Assembly: GCF_016433145.1 (NCBI RefSeq)
Contig: NC_058131.1
Span: 27,436,774-27,500,773, forward strand
From: Gracilinanus agilis
Lineage: Eukaryota
Direction of reading: 5' to 3'
Length of the DNA: 64,000 nucleotides
A program made the translations under genes and the position numbers. The notes beneath the pieces are model-generated. The model was not told where the DNA came from. It was given only the letters and a program-made list of their open reading frames with translations, and searched no databases. Within the stretch, counting starts at the first letter, position 1; each line of letters opens with the position of its first letter. Shown in pieces: positions 12,621-23,718 of the stretch.

Positions 12621-14631
12621 CTAAATATGGGAAAAGGAAGGAGGAATAATGGGAATCAAATCTGTGGCCCCAAGATTTTCCCCTTGCTTCCCATTGTTAG
12701 GAGTATAACTAGGGCTGGACAGCCTGGGTCCTTTTCCCAGAGGAGAGTCTGAATGGAGCATGGCATATATATTCTTTCTTAGTGCCTACCACATAACCAA
12801 GCATACAGCAGGGCTCAGGAGGACATTGTTGACCGAGACAGAGGCCTGGTGATGAAATGTTTTTCCAACCATGATTTTATTTTTTGGTTTTAGGGAAGCT
12901 AGATGATTCAGTGGACAGAGCACTGCGCTTAGAATCAGGAAGCCTGATCTTTATGAGTTCAAATTGTGCTTCAGACCCTTACTTAGCTGTGTGACCCTAA
13001 GCAAGTTATTTAACCCCATTTGCCTTAGTACCTCATCTGTAAAAATGAGCTGGAACAAGGAGATGTCAAACTCTTCTAGAATTTTGACACCTAAACAAAA
13101 AAATGGGGTGCCAGAATTGGATACAACTGAAATGACGTGGCAACAATAATAAATGATATATGAATATAACTCTGTGGAGTAAGGAAGATTTATCTTTCTG
13201 AGTTTAGCTCCCCAAGTCCTAGAGTTTAAACCTGGACTCAGACAACCAGACCCTGGGGTCTGTTTACCTCGATTTCTTCCTTTGTAAAATGAACTAGAGG
13301 AGGAAATGGCAAGCTACTCCAGTGTATTTGTCAAGAAAACCCCAAATGGGGTCCCAAAGAGTTGGACATGACTAAACTGATTGAACAAGAACAGCAACAA
13401 CCTTTCCACATCTTACCTTTCCAAGCCTATTACATGCCACTCCCTCATTTCATGGTCTTTACAGAACTAAGTTCAAACAAATCTCCTTACTATTCTCCCT
13501 ACATGATACCCTATCACCTTTCTTCCTGACTCTCCAGTGGCTATCTTTTATTTCTGGAATGCTTGTAAATCTTCTTATTATTTGCAATAAAATAATTTTT
13601 TACAAATATTATTTGTAATAAAATAAACATTTATTTAATGAAATAAAAATTATAATAAAATAAAAAATAATTATTCTTATTATTTGTAATAAAACACTTA
13701 TTAGCTTTACTTGGTTGGGATTCCCTTAGAATCACTCATAGCATTTAAAGTCATAGCTTTGTTGAGATACTTCTAATTGTCTGTGGCAGGGGAGATTGAG
13801 GAAATCATTTGATTTTCTCAACTTGGCTATTTCTCTTAGGAGATTGATGCATTCTGGTCCCTTTCTATGAAACTTGTACAATGGCTCCCTTGCTGGAGGA
13901 TATGTCTTTGGGATGATACAACTCCTCCTCAGTCTGGCTCCATGCCCTTTCCTATTCTCTACTCTGTGCCTTATGCCAATATTTTTTTCTTCTAGCATGG
14001 AGACTGTGTCAGCCAGGCAATCATTCAATAAACATCTATTCAGAATTTTTTTGTGTGTGTGTGCCACGCTTTGTGCCAAGGACTAGAGCTACATACAAAG
14101 AAAGACTAAATTCAGTCCTCCGACAATCCTTGCTCTCAAGGAGCTCACAGTGTCATGGAGAAAACAACTCTGCACAAACAAGATACATATGGGATAAATT
14201 GGGGAGAGTTTCAGAGGAACAGCATAAAGGCTAAGAAGGACTAGAAAACACTGTTTGTAGAATATGGGAATCTAGAGGAGGGTTGTGGCAAGCACCTGTT
14301 CTTGCTTTTGCCTGGGAAGCTCCCAGAAGATAGATGCCATTTCTTATGACCAGAGGATTGGTGGGAGGTAGGAATTGTGCATCTCTTCTCTTAGGAGGAG
14401 GTCCCTGAGGTCAGAATATTTATCCTCATTCACTGCAGGGTCCTATTCAGCTAGGTGCCAATCAGCATGCATGATGAAAACCGTGAAATGCCTTATTGTT
14501 TAAATTTGCACTGAACATTTTACAGAACTGTAATTTTGAATAGTGTGAATTTGAATACATGTAACCACATTATTCAAACTAGTAAAGAGCTCCACTTCCC
14601 ACCCCTGCATTCCAGCATGCCTTTGACTCAC

Positions 14632-14716
14632 CTGCCTCAGTATCCTTTAGAACAATCATGCCCACAATTAGCAGCCAAGATGAGAATCTTGTCTTCTGAC
14701 CCTCCATCTTCATCAT
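14632..14716 (-). CDS. Gene B exon 1 (signal peptide)
   Basis: MMKMEGQKTRFSSWLLIVGMIVLKDTEA+G|gtgagt; 85 nt. Confidence 0.85.
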
Positions 14717-14940
14717 CTCTAGAGAGTGGCCTGGTTTCTTCACCAGTGTCCCTTTTGGGTGAAACTTCTCCCCCTGATTGCAGTATACCCAAATGGGAAA
14801 TAAGTCACCCCAATCTTTAGCTCCACCCTTGCTGGGAACTGCTTTACAGAGATCTTGCCATCCTCTCCAGTTGGGACATCTGTCTCTTGGCAGTACCTGT
14901 TCCTTCCTGGGAGACATTAGAACAGAAGTAGAATTAAGTT

Positions 14941-14960
14941 TGTGGTAAGGGCAGGAAACC
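14941..14960. promoter_or_regulatory. Conserved RUNX+ETS-like promoter motif, gene B
   Basis: TGTGGTAAGGGCAGGAAACC, about 225 nt upstream of the ATG. Confidence 0.5.
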
Positions 14961-16253
14961 CTAGAGATAAAATCATCAGGTGTTGTGAGGTCCACAGTTG
15001 GGACAAGTGTAGTGCCAGTTGTCATTCTTTGAAAAAATAATAGAATTTTTTTTACATCATTTACCATTATATCTTTACTCCTCCCCTCTTAGAGAGCTAT
15101 TAACCAAAAATTTAAAAAGAGGGGGAAAGGCCAGTTTAACAAAACTTCTTATGACACTGTCAACATGAAAAAAATACAGAACCACCAACCTAGTTATATT
15201 ATAATTATATTATATTATAATTACATTACATTATATTATAGTTACATTAAGGGCACTTAATTGAGGTGAATGGATGAAATTGAGAAGACGCATAGAAACA
15301 CAGTCCTGGATGTGCCATAGAAAGTGGGGTGCTTAAGTAAAAGGGAGAAGGATACATAAACTCACTGACTAACGGGAGGCTAGGTGAATGAAAGGTATTT
15401 AGGAGCTGATTATCTTTAGGAGGCCAGGGTGACTGGGAATGGATCTCTGGTTCTTTAGATCTAGTTGTCTTCTTTCAAATTTGTTCTCCCAGCAGCAGAG
15501 GAGTATTTTCTGGGAATCAGGCAAAACTGATTCATAGGCAATTCAGACAGTTCAGACTTTTGAGTTCTTTGTTTTTCTTATTTTAAAAATGCTGAGAGAG
15601 TCAGTAATGGGATTAACTAAAATAATGTTTTCAGGCCCAGTGTTTCAAAAAAGTCATGTTATATTCAATGTTCCACACCATAGTGGTATAACTCAAAGAG
15701 AAGAGTAGAGATATTTTCTCTTGTTGATTCTTTGGTGATAAAGGTTGGTAATCATAACTTCAAAGCATTGTTTCAATTTTGATACAGTAGATATTAGTAC
15801 TTACACATTCAAATGAACAAAAGTCAACTCAAAGAAAACGGGTAGATTCCATTTTCAAAGGAAACATACCAGAAAATTGGCCATCTGATTGGTTTAAAAT
15901 AAAAGAAAAAGATAAACACTTTTTTTGTTAGCAATCCCTGTGAATTAGGGTATTCATGAATAAGAGTTTTAGGTGGAATCAATCTAGTGGGTTCTTTTAA
16001 ATGACAAGGATCCCTAGATTATTTTGGATTAAGCTCCCACAGTGATTTAGGCCCCGTGGGGCCATTCCCCTAACTCATCCTCACCTTCATGGGTGTGGGT
16101 ACACAGGAGGCAATTATTCTTCTCCTTTGAAGATCCAGGCACAATCTTGAGGGGCTAGCTCTTGCTCAGAAGCCCCCACCAGTATGCTTCTTATTGATGA
16201 TGACTACTCAGACTTAATTAGCTTTTATCAAAGACATTTTATAAAATGGCATA

Positions 16254-16369
16254 CAGGAATACCTCACTTTATTATTATAAAATTTTTTTTCATACCTCAC
16301 TTTATTGTGCTTCACTTTATTGCACGTTGTAGACATTGCATTTTTTACAAATTGAAGGTTTGTGTCAAC
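16254..16369 (+). mobile_element. Tigger1-like DNA transposon 5' end
   Basis: catacctcactttattgtgcttcactttattgc...ttttttacaaattgaaggtttgtg matches the Tigger1 terminus; TA precedes it. Confidence 0.7.
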
Positions 16370-16515
16370 TTAAAAAAAAGTTAATGACTTTGTGGGATAT
16401 ATGCTTAGCAGCGGAATTCCCTTTTTTCCCCTCCTCTTTCTTTCTGGAAGTGGAGTTTGTTGCTTATTTCAGAGACAGTGGATGTTGTGTTCTTCATTGC
16501 TTAGTGAAATTGGGG

Positions 16516-16545
<30 letters not shown>
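16516..16545. repeat. (TG)n microsatellite
   Basis: Direct reading. Confidence 0.9.
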
Positions 16546-16546
<1 letters not shown>

Positions 16547-16850
16547 GTAGTACAAAATGCCATTTATGTCTCATATCAAATGAAGAATAATTTTGGACTT
16601 GAGCATTGGACTTGGTGGCAGGATGACCTAAGTCTGAATCCTATCTGAAACACTAACTGTGAAACTCTAAGAAATCTACTGAACTTCTCTGACACACTTT
16701 CTTTAGCTGAAAATGGGAATAATAATAACAGAACCAACTCCCAGGTTTTAAATATCAATTTGTTAAGACTTTTGCAGACCTTAAAGCAACGTAGAAGTGT
16801 GAACACCATCCTCATCCTCAGCATTGTCATCAGAGCTGTTGTTGAGATGA

Positions 16851-17313
16851 CAATGATCCCTCACCTATTGTGGGAATCATGTTCCAGAGACACCCACGAT
16901 AGGTGAAAATCTGTGAAGTTGTGGCGTTATATTTATTTTATTATTTATATAGATTTTAAGGCTTTATATAAACCCTTCCCACTCTCCTATAAGCCTTTCC
17001 CACACTCATTAACTTTTCCCACACTCTTATAAACACTGAGCCAATCAACGCTCAGGATACAGAACACAGCGCTGTGGGTGGTTGCTTTTCATTGCATCAG
17101 CCAATAGTGGGTCGTGTACAATCTCACACTGGCAAACTTGTGCAAGCAGTAGTGGCGTACTGCCTTTTCATTGTGTACAGATGGGTATTCATCTGCAAAA
17201 TTCCTGCAATATAGCAAAAACTCCACGATACAGAATTAGATATAAATTAAAAGAAAAACCCACAATACAGTGAAGCCATGATAAGTGAATTATGATAAAG
17301 AGAGGATCAATTG
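16851..17313. mobile_element. Tigger/pogo-type MITE
   Basis: Degenerate terminal inverted repeats caatgatccctc / gaggatcaattg, with TA at the right end. Confidence 0.55.
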
Positions 17314-17520
17314 TATTGTAATTTCTGGGAGGAGGATATATCTCAACAGCTAATGGGAGGCCAGAGACCATCTATAGCAGGAAGACTCTATGGATGGTTC
17401 AGATCATGGTGGAACTTTTAGAGATAGCCTGAGGATTCCAACCATGACCCTTTCATCTCTGTAGGTGCTAGATATCCATGAAGGGACAGTGCAGAAAGCC
17501 TGCTGGTCTCCCACATTCTT

Positions 17521-17579
17521 CTACTGAAGAGGAATTGCAGGAGGTGAAGGAAAAGGTCCTTCCAGCTGATTGGTTATTC
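17521..17579 (-). CDS. Gene C exon 6 (cytoplasmic tail and stop)
   Basis: Poly-T tract with cag acceptor, phase 1, (G)ITNQLEGPFPSPPAIPLQ*. Homologous to gene B exon 6. Confidence 0.7.
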
Positions 17580-19038
17580 CTGTAAAAAAAAAAGATCACC
17601 AAGTTGAACTCTTTCTATTTCTCCATGGCCTTCCTTGGCACTCTCATGGTAAATGGAGAAAGGGGAAGAGGAGTAAGATTTAGGTCTGAGAACCTCCTTC
17701 AAACACATGACTTCTTACTTTGATCCCCTTCTCAAAAATTCTTTTTTTTCTTTTGAAATTTGCCTACTTTTCTGCTCCATTTTTGCCGCCTTGGATAGAA
17801 CTTTCCGTTCCTTTACCTAAAATTTGTTCCTTGTTCATATATTTTTCTTTTCTCTTAAGAACTTTTACCTTTTGTTGTAGAATTGATACTAAGTATTGGT
17901 TCCAAAGCAGAAGAGTGGTAAGGGCTGGGTAATAATGGTGATTAAGTGACTTGCTTGGTGTTGCACAATTAGGAAGTGTCTGAGGTCAGATTTAAACTCA
18001 GGACCTCCCATCTTCAGGTGTGACACTATATCCACTGGACCACCTAGCTCGCCCCTGTTCTTAAAATTTTCAAAACAAATGAAAAGCATCCCAGTTGACT
18101 CTCAGTCTCTGCAGGGTCATATGGGGCATCTCATTCTTCCTTTGGGCAGCTCCCACCTCTGGACTAGAGCATATCAGATATTAATTGCAAAATGCCTAAT
18201 CAAAATAACTCCCTGATTTGAAGGGGACCATATTATTCTTCTCTGTGGTTTCCTGCCCTACCCTGAAAATCTCAAGATATTTCCATAAAAGAACCCCTCC
18301 TCCTTCCCCCATCCAACTATATGATACTATGAATATTCCCTTCTAAGTCAATTCAGAGCTGCAATATTAGAGTCCAAAATCAAGGATTCAAACTGTGCTT
18401 TGATAAAAAAATGTTGATTATAAAAATATTTGCATTTCTTCCAATTTTTCTTTTCTTTGTTGTCTTATTTTCCTCCTTAAATTTTCCCTTAATTCCTCAA
18501 TAAATCAACATTAGTTAAGCGCCTGCTGTGTGTCAGGTGCTAATATTTTTTAGTTGAGTTTCTCAAACTCTCTCTGACTGCTTTTAATCTCTGTGGCTTC
18601 TCCCTATTTGATGAGTTTCTATTTATAATTTTCCATTATCCATTATAAGATTTGACAATTGGATTGATTTTCTAAACTAATGCTGCCTTTGGTTGCCATC
18701 TCTTTCCACTTTGCAAGTAAATAAAGTATTTTGGACTAAGATGCTTTGTAGGATGTTTTATTCTCCTTGATATGTCAATTAATTTACATGAATTAAATTT
18801 CTGCATAAAATGATTAAATTTACACAAATTATTACATTGGTGTAAATTTAACATCTATTTTCTACTTTTCTTTAGCAATAATTTGTTTATTTAGATCAGG
18901 AGTTAGTGGTTAAATCATTTATCCCCTTTTCCTATTGTTATTCTTTCTTCTAGCTCTATGTTAATTTTAATCTTTCCTCAAATAAGGAAGGTTATATCAT
19001 GCAATGGACAGAATAGTGGATCTGAACTCATAAGACTT

Positions 19039-19937
19039 TGTTATAAAGAAAGAAGTGGGTCCTAGAGAGATATAGATATCTAGTGAGGTGGATGTATCTC
19101 TGTATTCTCCCTAGGTACAGATGATGGGGGAACACCAACCTCAATAACCCTTGCAAGTTGTTATAATTTCCCCTTCCAATAACAGTTGCCCAGGGAAGGA
19201 CCCCGAAAGGTTAGGTGGATGGGTAACCCTTTCAGGTCCAACCTGGGGTTGGATCAATTATTAATATTGGGCTCTGATTAGCCTTGGATCACATTTGTTA
19301 TCTGACTGCGTTTGCTCCCTCCCAAAGGTCGTGATATAAAGACCACTCAGGAAGGTACTTATTAAACACTCTTTATAATCTAAATCAGGGAAGGGATAAT
19401 CAGGATAAGGATTGGGGATTGGAGACCCTGTCAATCTAATATCTATAATATATAATCACTTAGGACTGGAGACTACTGATTTAGTAAAAGCTGGAGCTTT
19501 GTTCTTCACAATCCCTCTGGCTCCGCCTGGCCAATGCCAAGCCAGAGAATGGCATCTGCTCTTGATGCAGCTGTGTTGGTGATTTTATTCTCTCAGCTTT
19601 CTCACTATCAGTGTTTGGTGATGTATTAGCTCTCACAGCCTTCAGGAAATATTCAGATCCTATCAACCCTCTTCTTCATAGACTTCTCAGCCTCCCTTCA
19701 CCACCCAGGGACCCAGAGACCTAAAGAGCTAGGAAGATTCAGAGACCTAAAGATCTAAGGGAACAAAAATCCAAAAGACCAAAGACCTCCTCCAGGTGGC
19801 TGTTAGGGGCATTTATACTCCCAGGCCAACTGACTTTTGTCCCTGGCTCACGACATCTGGGAACATTCCAATCTCTTCAACTGCCTCCCTTATTAATCAA
19901 GGTGACATCCAACATTCCCCAGGATTTGAATATAACA
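19039..19937 (-). mobile_element. Solo LTR (ERV1-like) in the last intron of gene C
   Basis: TGTTATA...TATAACA inverted termini, 4-bp target-site duplication ACTT, minus-strand TATA (near 19812-19818) and AATAAA (19584-19589). Confidence 0.8.
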
Positions 19938-20559
19938 ACTTGCATTCAAATTCTCCCTCTGATGTTTATTAGCTATGAGTCCTTGGACAAATCACTTTAT
20001 TTATGTCTATAGACTTCAGTTTCCTCATGCATAAAATGAGAGATTTGAATGGTATTCCTCTGATGTTCTTTCCTGTAGAAGAGCTATGATCCCAAGTTTG
20101 TTGAATGTACACAAACAACTAATCATTGATCTGCTGGATCATGAGTGTTTAACAACCAGATCCCCCACCCCACCCCCACATGCTTTTAATTTTAATGTGC
20201 ATTATTAATATCTCCCTCATCAATTTATTAAGTTTAGACAATCAACAAAGCAATAAATCAAGTCCTGATTGGAAACATTTTGCCATTTTCCTAAGTGAAA
20301 ATGTGCACACTGAAAATGTAACCATCATCTCTTGGGTGGCTCCAGCATGCCTCTGTAGCTAATTCAGGGATAATTCCAACATCATTAATGAATCTTTTTT
20401 TCTGTTGTAATAATATTATCGTAGTTCCATTTATATATAAGTTTTATAAAGCCCTTTCCACATAACAATCTTATGAGGTTTCTAGAATATCAAAACCTCA
20501 TTCATATCTTCTCATGATCTCCCCTTCCTGTCCCCTTCCCTCTCTCACCACATACACAC

Positions 20560-20676
20560 CTGTCTTCCTTTTCTTCCACCTGATGAAAGCCCCAGCACAG
20601 CTCAGCACCAAGATGATGACTGCCAGGATGCTCAGGGCCATGACCAAAGTCCGCTCCATATATGGCTTCCCAGGGA
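20560..20676 (-). CDS. Gene C exon 5 (transmembrane)
   Basis: 117 nt: PGKPYMERTLVMALSILAVIILVLSCAGAFIRWKKRKT. Confidence 0.9.
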
Positions 20677-20865
20677 CTTGGAGAATAAAGAACAACAAAT
20701 ACTTGGGTGTTTGATATTGGGTGTTTAGATATTACCTAACAGGTAATGAGGGGGTGAGAATTTCCCTGGAAGGCAATAGGAAAGGTGGTAAATGGGGCAA
20801 GGGGAAAAAACTCCAAGGACTAGGCTCACTGGGGTGAATTCAACCAGTGTGGGTGAGGCACTCAC

Positions 20866-21144
20866 CTGGGAATGTGGCTGGAGTCTCTAGCTCACTGTGC
20901 TCTACCACACAGGTGTAACCTGTCCCAGGGACACCAGATGGGAGCTCTAGTGTGACTTGGAGATAGAAGGTGGCATCAGCATTGGGAAGGGTGCCACTGG
21001 AGCTCTCCTGTCCCCACACACCCAGTTCTCCATCCTTTTCCCAGTAAAGCAAAATGGAGCGGGGATAGAAGCCAGTGGCTCTGCAGGAGAGGGTGACTCT
21101 GCCATCAGGAGCATCATGTCGGGATACTGTCACCTCAGGGGGAA
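20866..21144 (-). CDS. Gene C exon 4 (alpha3)
   Basis: 279 nt, AG/GT, Ig C1 motifs; nearly identical to gene B alpha3. Confidence 0.95.
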
Positions 21145-22054
21145 CTGAGGGCAGAAAGCAGAAGGCATCATGTCCAAAGCTCAGTGGGAGTCTATTATTC
21201 ACTCCATCATTTCCCTTCTCTTCCTTGCCCTATTCTGTATCTTCCTCCCCTCATAAGAGCGCCTATGTTGATAGGGCAGAATCTCAGATAATCATAGTAT
21301 CCGAATCTGGGCTTTTTCTATGCAGCATTCTTACAAATCTGCCCTGCTAGAACCACATGGAATAATAATAGCCCAAGGTTATATGGGGCTTTAAAGTTTA
21401 CAAAGTGCATTATGGACAGTGTCTCATTAGGATGTCCCAGAAACCCTATAAAGAAGATATCCCAGGTATTTTCCAAGCCTATCAGTATATAGAGAGAGGC
21501 AGCACAGTGAAGTCAATAGAGAGCCAGTGCAAAACCAGAAAAGCGTGAGCACAAACCCCAATCTGGCTGTGTGGACAGGGCAAATCCTTTAACTTCTGAG
21601 TGCTTTGGACAGTTATCCTCTGAGGCTGCCAGTTGTATAGAAGGTGCTGCCCTCCGTTGGTAAGGAGGCTCTCCTCCTTGAGGAGCTCTCCAGATGGGTG
21701 AAGTCAGAGATCTGGGCTCCATCTCTCTCCACCCTAGGGAATCCTCCATATGGAAGCTCCCTCTATTGTTGTTGAAGATTGGAAACTCCTCAGAATGTCC
21801 AGGCTTATTTGCCTAGAGAGGGAATGATTTACTCCAGGTTGCACAGACAGTGACTCTGTTCTTCTGAAGACAGAATATGATATCTAATTATAATGAAGCC
21901 CATGACTCCTCTTCTACATCTGTCTTCAGCTGCCACTCAGAGGGAAGGCAGAGCAAACCCCAAACCTTCTAGTGGAGGTGGAAGGGGAGAGAAGCAGGGT
22001 CTCCTCCTGCTCACCATTTCCTAGTCCCCAAACAGAGAAGTAATGGAGACTCAC

Positions 22055-22321
22055 CATTTTCCCTCATGCTTGAATACTGTAGAACTTTATTCATGCTGTC
22101 AATACAATCTTCCTGGATATAGTGTTTCACCCGCCTTTTCCAGAAGGGGCTGTCCCAGAGGAACTTGAAGTGCTGGGCTTCAGGCTTCGTGGCCACCCAA
22201 TGCCCCGGTTCTTCAACCATCTGGCAGAAATCCTCACCATCCAAAGCAAACTGAAAGTGGCTGCTCACCTGGATATCCTTGTCCACTTCACAATTTACAA
22301 ATACCTGTAGTGTGTGGTTCT
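22055..22321 (-). CDS. Gene C exon 3 (alpha2)
   Basis: 267 nt, AG/GT, open: NHTLQVFVNC...HYIQEDCIDSMNKVLQYSSMREN. Confidence 0.92.
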
Positions 22322-23254
22322 CTGTTGGGGGCAGAATGTGGGGGAGGAATTCTAGAGTAAAGGAGTGCAAGGAGGAAAAGCAGGAAGATTCTGGGAGAGA
22401 GATCAAGACTTATGGCTCCCACAATCAAAAGGATTGAGCTTTGCTGACCTTGGAGGTAGCCTAGCAGGTTGGAATATTCTGATTGATTAGGGGGTGGAAA
22501 ACATGTTGCTTGCTTAATTCTTTGCTTTCCATCAATTAGGAGATAAGGTAATATCTAATTTATGAAATAGAGAAGCACACAATTTCATCAGCCATCTTAT
22601 TGACTGGAATTGTAGAATGAGGAAATGAGCTCAATCCAGCAGGCCCAGGGGATAGATGAAGAGGAGAGACAATTAGGGGATTGGTGGGACATATTTCTTT
22701 ACTCATGGAAAAATGAATGTCTGGAAGCTTGATCTGAGCCCAGTGATCAAAGGATATTAGAAAATTGAGAACAGAAACTAGTTCCAAGAAGATAAATTAG
22801 TGCCCTTTGAAACCTGGGCAATAAGGTAAATTCTCAGCTGAAACATCAGTAGAAAAGGTGCTCAACTGGGTGTCAGAGGATTTGATTTCCTTCCTCTTAT
22901 GGTTCTGCTACATCGTAATTGTGTGCTTGGATAAGACATTTCCTTTGTAAATGGCTCAGTTTCTTCATCTCTAAAATGGGGGACTTGGACTAGATGACCT
23001 CTGAGGTCCCTTTCATCCCCAGGTCCATGAGCCTTTGGTCTGGGCAAGTCACTTAAACCCCCTGGATCTCTGTTTTGTCCTCTATAAAATAAAAGAGATG
23101 GACCAGGTCGTTTCTGTGATTCCTCTAACTCTAAATCTGTGAGCCTAAGACTTATTCTGAATTAAGTTGTCTGGCAAACCTGGTCTGGTCTATTTCTCTA
23201 GATGCCCAACTCAATGGTATGGGCTCATGGAGAAGGGCCAATTGGACTCAGAGG

Positions 23255-23449
23255 NNNNNNNNNNNNNNNNNNNNNNNNNNNNNNNNNNNNNNNNNNNNNN
23301 NNNNNNNNNNNNNNNNNNNNNNNNNNNNNNNNNNNNNNNNNNNNNNNNNNNNNNNNNNNNNNNNNNNNNNNNNNNNNNNNNNNNNNNNNNNNNNNNNNNN
23401 NNNNNNNNNNNNNNNNNNNNNNNNNNNNNNNNNNNNNNNNNNNNNNNNN
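23255..23449. other. Assembly gap (N run) in gene C intron 2, 8 nt after the alpha1 exon end
   Basis: Run of N. Confidence 1.
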
Positions 23450-23457
23450 TGACTTAC

Positions 23458-23718
23458 TTTCACTCTTGGTCTGATTCTTTATCAAGTTCTTGAAAGCCCA
23501 TTGGAAATTTTTTTCAAGGTCCAGCAATTTCTGCTGTTTCTGGGCAATCTCACTGGCTCCCAGGGCCTGGTACATCCAGGCTTCCTTCATCACAACTTGA
23601 TGCTTCTCTTTATGGTAGGAGCAGAGCTGAACATCATCCACAACAGTGATCACAATGAAGTCCAAGAATGACCCTGAGCTGCCAGTTGCAGTGAAATAGA
23701 AGTCATGGCTGTGGTAGG
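23458..23718 (-). CDS. Gene C exon 2 (alpha1)
   Basis: 261 nt, AG/GT, open: YHSHDFYFTATGSSGSFLDF...LIKNQTKSE. Confidence 0.92.

Noticed and set aside
5150-15560. Short matches between the upstream regions of A (near 5.2-5.3 kb) and B (near 15.4 kb, DWEWI) and the 29 kb L-like segment
   Set aside because: The same stretches also match the ordinary proximal upstream region of gene C (27430-27600), and the implied positions are mutually inconsistent.
23167-23493. ORFs spanning N runs (also 46558-47001)
   Set aside because: Artefacts of translating assembly gaps.
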